Positions 1 to 12,289 of a stretch of 64,000 nucleotides of DNA are shown in pieces. The stretch is from Monocercomonoides exilis PA203. Lineage: Eukaryota; Protista; Preaxostyla. The notes under the pieces are model-generated. The model ran no database searches, was not told where the DNA came from, and saw nothing but the letters and a program-made list of their open reading frames with translations. Position 1 is the stretch's first letter. Every line of letters starts with the position of its first letter. The position numbers and the translations under genes were made by a program. Where the stretch lies: contig LSRY02000021.1 in NCBI GenBank assembly GCA_001643675.2, forward strand, positions 186,001 through 250,000, written 5' to 3'.

Positions 1-1
1 C

Positions 2-1006
2 ATTGATACAAAATCTGCCAAATTTGATTCGCAAGCGCTTCTTTCCACAACAACGAACACTTCTGCCTCAGCAGCAACAAGATCAGATTCACCTTCACAT
101 TTGGGAATATCTTCGATTATCCATTACCCTGGCACGCTTGCTGATCATGTGCCTGGTTCACAGCCAAGCAATCATATTTTACAAAGCGATATTCTTTTTA
201 GACTTTCAAACCCAATTGCAATTTCTTCTCTTCAAAATAAATCCTCTTTTTTGCCTTCTCCTTTTCATCGTCAAACTAAAACAGGTCCAATTCTTTGCTT
301 AATAACAGGGCAGCCTGCACAGTTTATTGATCCAATTACTCGTCTCCCTTCGTCTTCTGTGAGTGCGTTCGCCGCTCTGCGCCGAATGCCGTCTGACTCA
401 ATTGGGCTGCTGATGGCGATCTCAATGGGCAAAAAGACTGAGTGGGAAGCATGGCAGAAGAAAACGAGAAAAAGCATGCAACCAAAAGGAGATAATAAAT
501 TAAATGAATCATCGAGGAAGAGCAAGAAGGAAAAGGAAGAACAGAAAGGAACGCCAAGAAAGAGAGCATGTAAAAATGCTGTTTCTTCAAAAGATGAAAG
601 AGAAGCCCCTTTCAATGAAGAAAATGCACATAAAGTTACAAATGACGAAAGTGGGAGCAGAAGCTGCAGAGATCAAAATGCATCAAAAAATGACATTTTC
701 GAAGAAGAGAACAGAAATGCTCTCCAAATGCCTCCATTTGTTTGTTTCATAAACGATGCAATCAGAAAGCTAGACTTGCTTCGGAAACCCAAAAGCAGTT
801 CTCTTCAAGAATTTTCAGAGTCTGTTAGGCAAACTTCACTGAGACATAATCCAGAGTCAAAATTAAGTTTGTTTTCTTTTCTGCAACAGAGAAAGAAAAC
901 ATCTTGTAGAACAAAACTATTAAAGAAAGACTCTAACGACTCTGATGAAAACACAAAAAGAAAAGATGAAGAAATTTTATTCATGAATCTTCTTCACAAC
1001 ACATGA
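2..1006 (+). CDS. 3' part of a YL1-C domain protein (Vps72/YL1 or Ies6-like chromatin remodeller subunit); frame open from the window start
   Basis: CLITGQPAQFIDPITRLPSSSVSAFAALR matches the YL1 C-terminal motif (CxITGxPAxYxDPxTxLPY...AF..LR). The frame has no stop from position 2 to the TGA at 1004-1006. Confidence 0.7.
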   Translation: MDTKSAKFDSQALLSTTTNTSASAATRSDSPSHLGISSIIHYPGTLADHVPGSQPSNHILQSDILFRLSNPIAISSLQNKSSFLPSPFHRQTKTGPILCLITGQPAQFIDPITRLPSSSVSAFAALRRMPSDSIGLLMAISMGKKTEWEAWQKKTRKSMQPKGDNKLNESSRKSKKEKEEQKGTPRKRACKNAVSSKDEREAPFNEENAHKVTNDESGSRSCRDQNASKNDIFEEENRNALQMPPFVCFINDAIRKLDLLRKPKSSSLQEFSESVRQTSLRHNPESKLSLFSFLQQRKKTSCRTKLLKKDSNDSDENTKRKDEEILFMNLLHNT

Positions 1007-3233
1007 TTTCTACAAATTGATTTTGATTTCTATTTATTCCTTGTTTTCTAAAAGTACCTCAATTTTTTTCAAATGTCGTGATTTACACTCAATAAAAAAA
1101 TTTCAAAATAAACAGACACTTAAAATTTAATATTAAACATATTTCCCATGAAATATTTTCATCTTTTTGAAATATAATAAAAAAATATTTGGAATTTTTT
1201 ATCTAATTTCAAAAATCAATGGCTCACTCGCATTTCCATGAACTATTTGTTTTGATCATTTTTTCGTTATGAATGTTTTTAACCTTTTCTTTTTTATTAT
1301 TTTTTGATTATTTTTTAGCCAACATTTTTATTTGATTTTATTTTATCTTTTTTATCCAACGAATTTTATGAATTGTTGATGTGTTGACTTCATCATTGTT
1401 TAATGTACTGCTATCATCTTATTTATTTCATAATTTGCAAAATGTTAAAAAGGTAGTTGTTCCTAAAGAAACGTTTTTCACTCATATTTGATTTTCAAAA
1501 AAATGAAAAAAAATTTCAACATAAATGCTGAATATGCACATGTTTTGTGATAAATATTTATTTATTTTCTTTTCTATTTATATTCCGACTTTTAAGACAA
1601 TAAAAAAAGAGGGTACAGAATTCTTTCATTCATGAAAAATTTAAAAATTTGTTCCAAGTTTTTTCTTCGATCGTTTGATTTAAATTATGAAATACCGTTC
1701 AATATGGGTCATTATTTTTGAAAGCATGCAAGTTCTGTTAAAATTTTCGGTCATTTTTCATGTTTCGTAAAATTGTTAAATTTTCAAATATAACAACAAG
1801 TATATATAAAATTTATGTTAAAAACAGTTTTTTAAAATTTATTGAGTGAGCATTTGCTATTTTGAAACACAAAAGTATTTTTTTTTGCTCATTTCACTAA
1901 ATGATCATATTATTCCATCATTTTCATGACACTTCTGTTTAACTTTAGGTGATAATAATATTTTCGTGAGAAAAATGAAAAGTGAAAAAACATTATCTAT
2001 CGTTTTCTCATAAAAAATTTCTGCAATTATTTTTCTGATCATGATAAAACATTCTATATTGTTTATGTGAAGAATTGACGGTCACATGATATTCAAAAAT
2101 AGCATTGAAGATAGCAGTTCGATGAAAAAATAATAGCTTGTTTTCAATATTAATTCAGTTTGTTCTTTGTTTTTAAACATTACAATATCAAAATTTTGCA
2201 AACCCAAACACTTGATCGTGAATTTTTCATCAGATAAATCTGTGCAAAATATGATGATCTTTTCAAATATCTGTTCTGTTTCAGAACATCTTCTACGGAA
2301 ATGTATTCGCATACAAATAAATAATTTGATGCAAAATGTTCAGCGTAAGCATTCATGCTATTAATTTCATGGAATAACAAAATTGTCAAAGGAACAATGT
2401 GAATTTTCTACGATGCAAGAAACATTTCTCTTTTTCTGTATTTCGTCATTCTGATAAAGGAAAAAATTTAGCAAAAATTCAAATTTTCTTTACATCGCTA
2501 TTTCACGTTCTTATCAGCCAATAACACAATCCTTTCATTTGATTTCTCATTTTGCTATAAACAATACGAAAGTGTCTCAAACCGCGGTTATTATTTGCTT
2601 CAAGTTTTGCTGTGTGAAAATGATTTCAAAACGGTTTTAAACTCTAAATATTCCGATAAATTGATGAAAACAGTTTCTGATTGTGTTTCACTATGGTAAA
2701 GAATTTTTTTAACTGAGTGGATTCAAGAAGCTTATCATCACTTTGCAAGTGAAGCAGAAGATTCAGTGAAATCACCCAGAAGAAACAATACGGTTTCTGA
2801 ATATAAAGATTTTGGGAATGCAACACACATCTATTACAAAAAAAGAGCACTGAATCAATATACAAATATAAAGATAACACATAAGTCAAATATTTCATTT
2901 TGAACATTCTAAACATTACTGAAACAGTGAAAGCCTTTCAGAGAATATATTTTCTTTTATTCAAATGAAAACATCATATGTTTTTTATTCTTTATCGAAA
3001 AATAATAAATCACATTCTCTCAACAGTTATTTTATTTTTGCATGAAAAATATCTCCAAAACTTTCGAAAAATGCAGATTTTAAAATTTTTTGGAAATAAA
3101 TGAATACAAAAATATTTAAATCAAAAATTCCGGACGAAAAAGTTAATACAAAACAAAACAAAATTATCAAATAATAAACTTTCATTTAATTTTGAATTGG
3201 TTCAAAAATGACTTATCAAGCGTTTGCCCTGGG

Positions 3234-3310
3234 AGGCTGATTCTGGACCCAAAGCCTTCAAGGGACTGTGCTGGACCGGTCACAGCACAGTCCCAGGACG
3301 GAATCAGCCT
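3234..3310. other. GC-rich nested hairpin
   Basis: Inner stem gggactgtgctg (3262-3273) / cagcacagtccc (3283-3294) around palindromic gaccggtc. Outer stem aggctgattc (3234-3243) / gaatcagcct (3301-3310). Confidence 0.85.
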
Positions 3311-3483
3311 AGCCCCTTCATTTTCTGCACACAGCAAAAAAACGGGGGTACTTAAATTTTTTTTGGAAAAATAATCCAAAAAAATTTAAGCTTGAGCAAC
3401 AAACAACTTGAAAAGTCCATTTTCAAAACAAAGACAAAATTATTCGAAAGCAGAATACAACAAATCGAATAACTTTGATAAAA

Positions 3484-6400
3484 CTAATTCAAAAAACAAC
3501 AGTGTTTTTTTCTTTCAGCGAACAATTTTAACGTGTTGCTTCCAATTAACTCAACTTGTGGAACAGACTCACGAATTGAAAATTGTTTTTTATTTTTTTC
3601 ATCTCTCACCCTTTCCTCTTTAAAATTCATCTTTTCATCCCCTCTTGAATTCAATGGAGAAGCAACAGATCTGTAAATATTTTCATTTCGCTTTTCGTAA
3701 AATAAGAAGGTTTTCAATGCATCTGCCTTTAGCTTTTTCCAAAGAATTTTATTAGAAGCGTTGTATCTGAAAAAATATATTATTGAAAAAAGAAATAAGA
3801 TCAACAATCATTAAAATAAAAAATAAAAAAATATTGCAACCTTAAAAAATACCGATTTGTATTTTTTTGTTCATTAAGGTCAAAATCTTTCAGTGAATGA
3901 GAGTTGTGTGTGATCTTATTGAAAAAATCAATTAGTTCATCTATATTATTTATTGAGATATCATTGCTCAACTCGTAATTTAGCAGACGTGTCAAACTCC
4001 CGAACTCGCCATCACACTCACATTTACCATGTTTTTCACAAAAAAATGATAAAGTGGTGGTTTTATTTTTTGCAAATGAAGAATTATTAGACAAAAGGAA
4101 ATGAAGGAGTTGTGAATTGCGAAAGTGTGGTCCAGTGTCACACATGAAATGAAATGTGTTTGTTTGTTGAAGCATTGGCAATGAAAGAACGTTTTGCAAA
4201 CACTCAATGGCAAATCGATAATCATGAGAGAGAATCTTTGAAAAGAAATTGAAAACGTGTTTTGTTCTGTTGTTTTTATCGTCCAAAACATAAACAATTA
4301 CACAAAAGTGAGATGCACTTTCTTTGGAATAGAAATCTTTGCTCAGTTGATTTCTCCGAATTGGAAAAGTCCAATTTTCTTTAAAGTCAAATAGAATTAA
4401 TGCTTCGTTAGGAGTTAAGTTGTTCTTCAAAAATCTGAAGTGACTTTGTTGATGAGATGCAAGAAGTCGATGATCTTCAATAAGTTGCATTGTCTCCTTT
4501 TCTTTTTCTGAAAGATCAGAATTTTTTGATTTGAGGTTGTCTCGTTTCTTTTGAAGAGAGGAATACATTTCGCATAAATGGCATAAATCTGTTCGACGTT
4601 TGGCCTGCTTAATATGTTTGGTTTTTTTATAAAATGTGCTTTTGGACATTTTTATATGAGTTTCTTTAAATTTTCCATACAACTTGGCCTTTGTCATGTT
4701 TATTATTCGAGTAGGAGGTTTTTTTATTTGATAGTCAATCTGCTTTTGATAATTCTGTGTGAAGTTCTTTTTGGTTGAGGAGTTTCTGCCTTTGAAGCAA
4801 TTTCTTGTTTCCGATGAAGATGTTGCATTTTTAAAGAAAGTGCGATGTTTTGAATGAATTGGTTGATACAATGAAGTAGTTGAATATTGTTGAATTGATG
4901 AAGTGATTGAGTCATTCGCATGAAGAGTGTTGTTTGAAATGTTTGAAGAAATTGAAGTGAAACGGGAAGGTGATGATATGTAATTTGTCGTTGATGATAG
5001 ACATAAAGAATTTGTTCCTTCATCTTCACTGTTCTTCATGTTATTTGTTGTCTGCTTCTTTAACGAATTAATTCTTACATCGTCGTGATGATTTTGAGAC
5101 ATGAAAATATCTCGTCCAATGTTGAATAAGTCAGGGGAGAATGGATTTTGAAGATTATTGAAGAGCTGTTTATTGTTTCGAACGTATACAAATAAAAATG
5201 GACGAGAACCACCATCTATTTGTCTTTTTATTTCAGATTGTGCATTTTGTCCAACCACCGAAATATTTTCATCGTTGCATAATATCCATTCATCATTCGA
5301 AAAATGAACGTTGTCCTCTTTTTGATTCAAGCACAAAGAGAAAAAATGCCCAGATTCATTAGTCCCTTGAAAGAACAATACAGAAATCAAACTGAAGTTA
5401 CAAGCTCCTTCGACATGACAATCACCACATTTCAATCCCTCCATTTCATTTGTAAATGATAAACAAAAAGGAACATTCAACGTGTTTTCTCTGTTGTTAT
5501 TTAGAGATTCAAGTGAAATGGCCAAAATATTTGGAAACTGAATAATATTTAAAATTGCCAAATGGTTGGTATTTTGTCTGCATTTTTCACAAAAAGCATC
5601 TCTATTGTTATGATTAGATGTGCCAAATTGAAAAGATTTGTTCAATGATGTGATTACATCATCACCATTCAAACGAATAATTGGTGAGGTTTCTGAAAAA
5701 CCAAATGAAAAACTGCCACAAACTGAGCATTTTTTGGGGAAATTAATCTGAACACACATTTCTTTTGAAAGGGCTGGAGTTGTGTAAGATAAATCACTGT
5801 AGATATTCAGAAATGCCTCATAGAATTCTTGCTGATTTCCTCTTGAAAAACAGTGTTCATTTTCCCATTGTTTGACAAATGACAGTGTCCATTTTGAGTT
5901 AATGTTTGAATTGAAACCGTATTTGTTGCTCTTGAAATTAGAAACAAGTTGAAGTAATTTCTCTAAATATGAATTCTTTGAAACATTTGAAACTTCGATG
6001 TGATCAAAAAATTGAAATATTGATCTGAATACTTGAATCAAAGAAGCCAAATAACATGTGTTACCATAATTCTGCAAAGGATAACACCTTGTCAATGTTG
6101 AATTCTGTTCAATTGATTGATCTTTTGATGTATTGATACATTGATCCCGATCATCACCATTTGAACCACGAATGCTAATGATATCTTTGAATGATGAATG
6201 AGTCAAATCTTCGTCGATAGATTCCATTTCAATGTCACCATCATAAACATCATATGAATTGTTTGAACAATCAATGTCTGATGATCCGAAATAAAATGCA
6301 CCACCATTTAAAATTGATCCTTTGATTTGCTGATGTGTCCTGCATTCGCGGTCAATCCATTGATCGATTCCTTGATGAATGTTACTAAACGTGGGTGAAT

Positions 6401-7375
6401 TGATATCATTTATTTCTATTTCAGGAGACCCAAAGTTTAAATCTACAATATGATCACTTTGAAAATAGTTTTTCAGAGGGTCGATATCTTCCTCCATGCA
6501 ATCATCTGAATTTAAAATAGAAAAATCATCATCTTCACAATCCATTTTGCCTTTTAAAAAATAATATAAAATTCAATTTGTTTCATATGATAATAAAAAG
6601 CAAACATTCGTTTAATTGAACTGTCCGTCTCGAACCTTCCGAAGATTCAGTTGAGTTTTCTATCAGAAAATTCAAGAATTTTTCCTCGTCTGTTTTGCTG
6701 AGCTCTTGGTTTATCCATCAAAAAATATAAAAAAATATATACCGTTTTATTAAAAAATGAACCCAAACTTGATTTTGAGGGTGGAAGAGGAGGTTTATTT
6801 GGATATGGAATATCAAAATTTTCAGAAGAACTGGTTTGCTTTGCATGTTTATAATTTCCGATTGTGCAGTTAAATCCAAACATAAGAAGCTGCTGATGGC
6901 TGTATTCGTGACATAAACATTTGAGGATAGAAACTTTTGAATGAACATTGAGTTCATTATTGTAAACAGATGCCAGCCTCATAACAACATATTTGTTTTT
7001 GTCTATTACGAAAGATAGAAAGATTATTGTTCAAAGTTAGATAACAGCAACAGAAAACGAAAAACCATTGAATATCTTCTGAATTTGAGGAAATAACTTT
7101 TTTCCTTTATTTGTATGTTGAAACATGTATTCCATCAAAATAACAGGGTCTCCGTATGACTGTTCTTCCAAATATTTCCATGATTTGCTACACTTTTCAC
7201 TTTTCCTGGAACTTGACAATTCAGAAAATACTTTTCCTTCCATGATCATCATCCTATATTTTGTATTCGATGGTCTTAAAAAAAGAATCGATCTTTTCAT
7301 TTTTCCAAAACGCTGAATGACAGATGAAAATATAAAAGCTGATATGTGCTTTTCATGTATTTTTTCACTTTTCAT
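3484..7375 (-). CDS. Sola-like (probably Sola2-type) DDD transposase with an in-frame inserted ubiquitin-specific protease (peptidase C19) domain; 5 exons, about 1213 aa
   Basis: Manual splice model with exons 7375-7066, 7002-6763, 6704-6606, 6550-3841, 3766-3484. Introns are GT-AG, 55-74 nt; total 3642 nt, in frame. USP motifs: LQNYGNTCYLAS (Cys box), QQEFYE, CSVC/CEKC, SGHFFS (His box), WILCNDENIS. Transposase motifs: LYGKFK..KSTFY, TDLCHLCE..H..H, FDFKENW, FMCDTGPHFRN, FCEKHGKCECDGEFG. Confidence 0.8.
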
Positions 7376-8029
7376 TTCAATTTTTCTAAGAAAGCTTAAA
7401 TTATTAAGTTTTTTCTTCCAATGAATTATATGAAATGTTCTGATGACTTTGAAGGCATGTGATCAATATGATACGATTGAACATATTTGAACATCCATTT
7501 TGAAAGAAAAGCAGAAGCATTTCGGTTCGTGCAGTTCAAAATAAAATGTATATGAAAAATTGTCCACATTCTAAAGATCAGAAATGACAAATCATCAAAA
7601 ATACAAGAACAGAGAAAAAATGTCAAAGAAACTATAAAATTGAGTATTCTATACAGAAAGGGAGGATAATCATGTTTGTATTTGTAAACTTAGCTAATGA
7701 AATCGGGTTAAATTAATTTATGGAGATGAATATGTTGAAAAAAGAATTAGAGGAAGAGGATGAGAAAGTGTTATTCGTTGAAGACAAAACATATGAAAGA
7801 GAAAAACGCTAAGGGAATGAGAAATCGTGATGATGATGATGATTGTGACTATGATTTTTGTGCTCAAGTCTTTTGTTTTAGAGGTGACAATGAGGTTAAA
7901 ATGGAATATCATCTATTCTTTATTCTCCCCCACCTTTTTACCGTTATTTGTGTCATTTTTTGGAAAGATGTTCGAACTAGTCAATGAAATGGAAAAGGAT
8001 GAAGAATATGAAGCAGAAAAAGCAGCAGC

Positions 8030-8157
8030 AGAAGAAGAGGAAGAGGAAGAGGAAGAAGAAGAAGAAGAGGAAGAGGAAAAAGAAGAAGAAGAGGAAGAGG
8101 AAAAAGAAGAAGAAGAGGAAGAGGAAAAAGAAGAAGAAGAGGAAGAGGAAAAAGAAG
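8030..8157 (+). repeat. GAA/GAG purine repeat (poly-Glu)
   Basis: Repeated gaagaggaagaggaaaaagaagaa-type units. Confidence 0.9.
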
Positions 8158-8551
8158 CAGGAGTAAAAGTTAAATTGGAAGGTTTAATCTGAACAACTTC
8201 TGTTCGAACGATATGTTGTTAATTGCGAAGAATAGCTGAGGAAGAAAAGGTGGAGGAATACGAAGAAGATGGATGATGAATCATTAGGCGATATAACCTT
8301 CTTTACTCCATCTGAACTCAGTTCAGGTGAAATTGCTTTCAAATCTCCATTCTATTCTCCTTCTTCATCTTCTTCTTCTTCTGCTGCTCTTCTTCTTCCT
8401 TCGCCTCGTCCTCCTTCTCCAAGAAAAAAAAGCAGCCATTTAAATAGCAATTCAACAGCATCTCCGCAAAACCCATTGAGCAACAGAAGAACTGTTAATG
8501 ATGATGCAAAATACTCTCTTTCTTTTTCTTCTTCAACTTATTCTTCAACTT

Positions 8552-8622
8552 CTTCTCCTTCTCCTTCTCCTTCTCCTTCTCCTTCTCCTTCTCCTTCTCC
8601 TTCTCCTTCTCCTTCTCCTTCT
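8552..8622 (+). repeat. (TCTCCT)n microsatellite (Ser-Pro repeat)
   Basis: Direct tandem hexamer. Confidence 0.9.
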
Positions 8623-10639
8623 TCTCACATTAACTTCGGACAAAGATGGTGAGCAGCGAAAAGATATGCATTGCCTGAGCAGCTGTCGCCTCTGCGGGAG
8701 TTGTTTGCTCTTTTTTTACAGGAGTAAAATGAATTCCAAAATAACCAAATTTCATTGCATGCCTCTGCATCTTTGCTTTCTTCCCCTTTTTCTCTCCATC
8801 CTGCCCTGTCCCTCCTCTCCGACATCTTTCTCCCTCCTTTAACAAATGAAGAAACATTGAAAATTGAAGGTTTTTTGTTTCGCTTTTTCCATTCTTCAAA
8901 ATTTGAAAATAAAAACAAAGAAGAAGAAAAGAATCCGAAAGGAACTCAATAACAGTGTCTGCAAACTTTGGGTGCTTGTGGCTTGAATGACCACACTTTG
9001 TGCTTTTTGGCATTCTTCAAGCTCACTTCACAGAAGAAAAGTGGGAGAAAAAAATAGATGACAACGATCGGTAGATTGAAGCAGACGAAATGGGCATGCC
9101 GAGGAAGGAAGAATTGCTCATCTATCTGTGCTTGAAATACATCGCTCTTCTGCCTGCGTGATTGGAAAGCATCAAATGTCAACGAGATTGTGTATGATGA
9201 GCATAAATCCTGATGAAAATGAAGAGAATGAGTTGGCTGTGCTTCAACAGCGAAGAGAAGGAATGAAAGAAAAAGTTGGTATTCGCTTATCAACACTCAT
9301 GATGCAGATGACAATGCTTCTGTTATGCATTCTCTGATGCTCAACGCACAAAATTCAAAGAACCGTGCACTGACATAAAATCTGAGCGAAACAACGACTT
9401 TGTTGAAAAACAAACGATGAAAACAAAAACCATCAAGTTCTCTTTCATCAGCTGTGGCATCGAAGAAAGCAAACTTCGAATGATAATCGCCTTGCTCACT
9501 CAAAATGGCTGTCCCTTCGAAGAATGAAATCCAAATGTGGTTGACCTGAATGAAGTTTGATTGCCTATTAGCACTCTACAATTTGATGTCTCGTAGTTGG
9601 AGATTCTCCTTTCTTTTGGTTCGAAAACGAAATCAAAGAAAGAATCCCTTAGTTTTTCATGTCTGCCCAGCGCAGTCCGAGAAACGGGAAAACCTTATAA
9701 ATAAAACCGATATTTTGGGGTCCTCCTTTTTTCGTTGAATTCTTGCCTTTTTTTATGATTAATATCCTTCCCTCGATATTGCCAGCCACTTTTCTTGCCA
9801 AAAAATACCCCAAACTGCTCTCCCTGCCTAACATTCCAAAATTCTATATAATTTTGTGCAGATTTTGTCCTTCACAGAATTCCATCCATAAATCTTCATT
9901 CAATGAAGCATCAGTTGAATTTGTTTTCATCTCTTCCACCAAATAAAAATCATGTATCTTGCGTAACTTCATTTATATCCTAATTGCTATATAATAATCT
10001 GCTCCGTTCTCATCGTATTGCTCTCCAAAGCGGAGATTGACCATTTCAACAATAACTCACATTCCTGCACTTTGGAGAGGATACAGACTGAAATATCTTC
10101 ACAACATTTAGAACAATATAAGTTGCATTCATTGTGTCTTTTTGTGTTATTGATGAAATTGTTGTGTTCCCCTTGGCCATCCAATTGACAAAAATCGTCA
10201 GGTAGAATTTCAAAAATATTGCATAACCACCATTGTCTGTTGTCATCACAGGAAATAATATTCTAAGTTCTATTGGTGATGTTAGCTATGGAATTCTCAT
10301 TCTGTGAATGGATAATTCCATTCTTTCAAATCTGATGATCATTAAATCCATTTCAAATAAGGATTAATTATGAATCGTTATTTTCACCACAGTTGCCTTT
10401 GAAAAATGTCAACAAAAGAAAGAATAGTGTAAACACACATATTTTTCTATTGCTATTTTGGGATAAAATTTCTGAAACTTTCTTCTATCCAAACATTCGT
10501 TCATTCAACGTAAATGACGAAATTTTTTGTGTTTTCCGAATACAATCTGTTTTCGAAAATGCAGGAGATGGAAAGCTCAATGAAATTCAATGGTATCCAA
10601 TTCTTTATGGAATTCAATTCTTTATGATTCGTTTCCTTT

Positions 10640-11916
10640 CTCATTTTTATTGTTGAAGAATTGTTTTATGAATTAGAACGAAGCTCAGAAATTGAACAAA
10701 AGCAGAAAACGCAAGAAATGAATGAAATACTTGATGAAATGAGTGTGCAAGAATTTGAATCCATTTTCACTTTAGATCTATTAAATAAAGTTGATAAAAT
10801 GATTAGATAAAAGAAAATGACAATGAAAAATGCAATTTTGCTGATGAAGCATGTTGGATATTGCGATGCGCTGAAAAATGAATGGAACCTATTCTTTAAA
10901 AAATCTTTGCTGAGCAGAAGATTTGAGGAGATGATTATCAAAGAAGAAAAGAATAAAAAAGAAAAGATGAAAAGCTTCAAACTGATCTTTGCGAGTGCTT
11001 TGTTTTGCTCAATTGTGGGATTTCAACGGATTTGTTATCAAATTGTGTGCCTTATCTCCTGAAAATTGCCTTGAAGAAAAAAGAAAGCGAAGAAACTCAA
11101 ATGGAAGTGGAAATGGCATTGCTGACTTTGAGCTACATCAGATTTAATGAATAAACATTATTATTTCCTTTTTACTATGAACTTTTTTTCTTCCTTTTTT
11201 GCATAGGAAATGAAAAGAGAACTGTGTTTAAAGCAAATCAAAGAAATCATCGATCATCATCAGGAATATCAGACTATGACAAGGCTTGCCTATCAATAAA
11301 TTTGGCAGTTTTTTGTCAGGAGATTTTTCAAAGATTGCAGTTTGGAAAAAGTGATAACGAAAGAACATCACTTTGCGAGAGAGGCAGCAAGAGAACTGGA
11401 AGATCTGTCAAAGAAAATGGATTGGAAGAGAAAATTGAAAGAAATAAAAGAATAGAAGTGATGATAATCATTTGAAGGCTCTATATAATTTAAGATTTCT
11501 TTCACTCTTGCAAATTATGGAACGAAGAACTTGTTGAGCTTGTCAGCAGTGATGTGAATGTATTTCGAGCAGCAAAGGAAATTTTCAGAAAAATCAGTCA
11601 CAAGTGCATTTTTATCTTGAGAAATGCAGCATTAAACTGGAATGTGAAAGTTGAAGACTTGCTGAGAGGTGGCGCTGTTGGTGCTGTTTTGGTAGAAATT
11701 CATCAAACAACGTTTCGAGAAATATATACAAAAAATTGTTTGAATTTCTTTGTGTATATTTCCAAAAGATTGAACGAAGAGGGGGAAATGAAATGGAGGA
11801 AGAGGAATGAAAAGAAACAAAAAGGAAAGTGCATTAAAAGATGGAAGAAGAAGGACACGAGAATATTATCACAAGCTAACATGAAATATTTGATTTTTTT
11901 TAAACAGAAAATTTAA
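10640..11916 (+). pseudogene. Pseudogene of the lineage-specific helical protein family also at 32751-34297
   Basis: Shares motifs EQKQK..EMN, NAILLMKHVGY, TDLCEC, ESEETQMEVEMAL and HFAREAARELE with the paralog, but has in-frame stops (e.g. TAA near 10808) and frameshifts. Confidence 0.8.
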
Positions 11917-12249
11917 CAATGATAATTTTTCTTTTAACATTTTATATTATAATACATTCGTTTGAATCAAAAGAGCTTTTTCGAATTCTGATTTTTTTGA
12001 AATTTTTATTGTGAAGTCAGAAAAAGAAAGGAAAAAAAAGAAGAAGAAGAAAAAGAAAGGAAAAATTTGATAACAATCAGAAAAAAGTCTTTTTCAGCGA
12101 TTCGAGTAACTCCATTTCATTCATTCCTTTACACATTTTCCTTCTCTTTTATTCTTATCTTCTCTTCTTCCTCTTTCTCTTCCTCTTCATTTTCCTCTTC
12201 CTCCACCTCTCCATTTTCCTTTTCCTCATTTTCATCCTTTTCCTCGTTC

Positions 12250-12289
<40 letters not shown>

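Larger units (their letters stand above)
3234..7400 (-). mobile_element. Putative DNA transposon (or domesticated derivative) carrying the USP-transposase gene; ends not defined
   Basis: Intact DDD transposase ORF and a downstream hairpin. No matching TIR pair was found immediately around the gene. Confidence 0.5.
7827..9337 (+). pseudogene. Degraded low-complexity gene fragment(s) with Glu-rich and SP-repeat segments
   Basis: Short protein-like ORFs (7827-8192, 8269-8652, 8755-8952, 9128-9337) separated by stops and frameshifts, with intron-like tracts. Confidence 0.35.

Noticed and set aside
3200-7700. Fanzor/TnpB-type RNA-guided nuclease associated with the transposon
   Set aside because: No RuvC-like motif set was recognised in this or any other ORF in the window.
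9640-10330. Minus-strand protein-like fragments (TTDNGGYAIFL..., GEQYDENGADYY)
   Set aside because: Multiple stops and too degraded to assign; probably gene debris.
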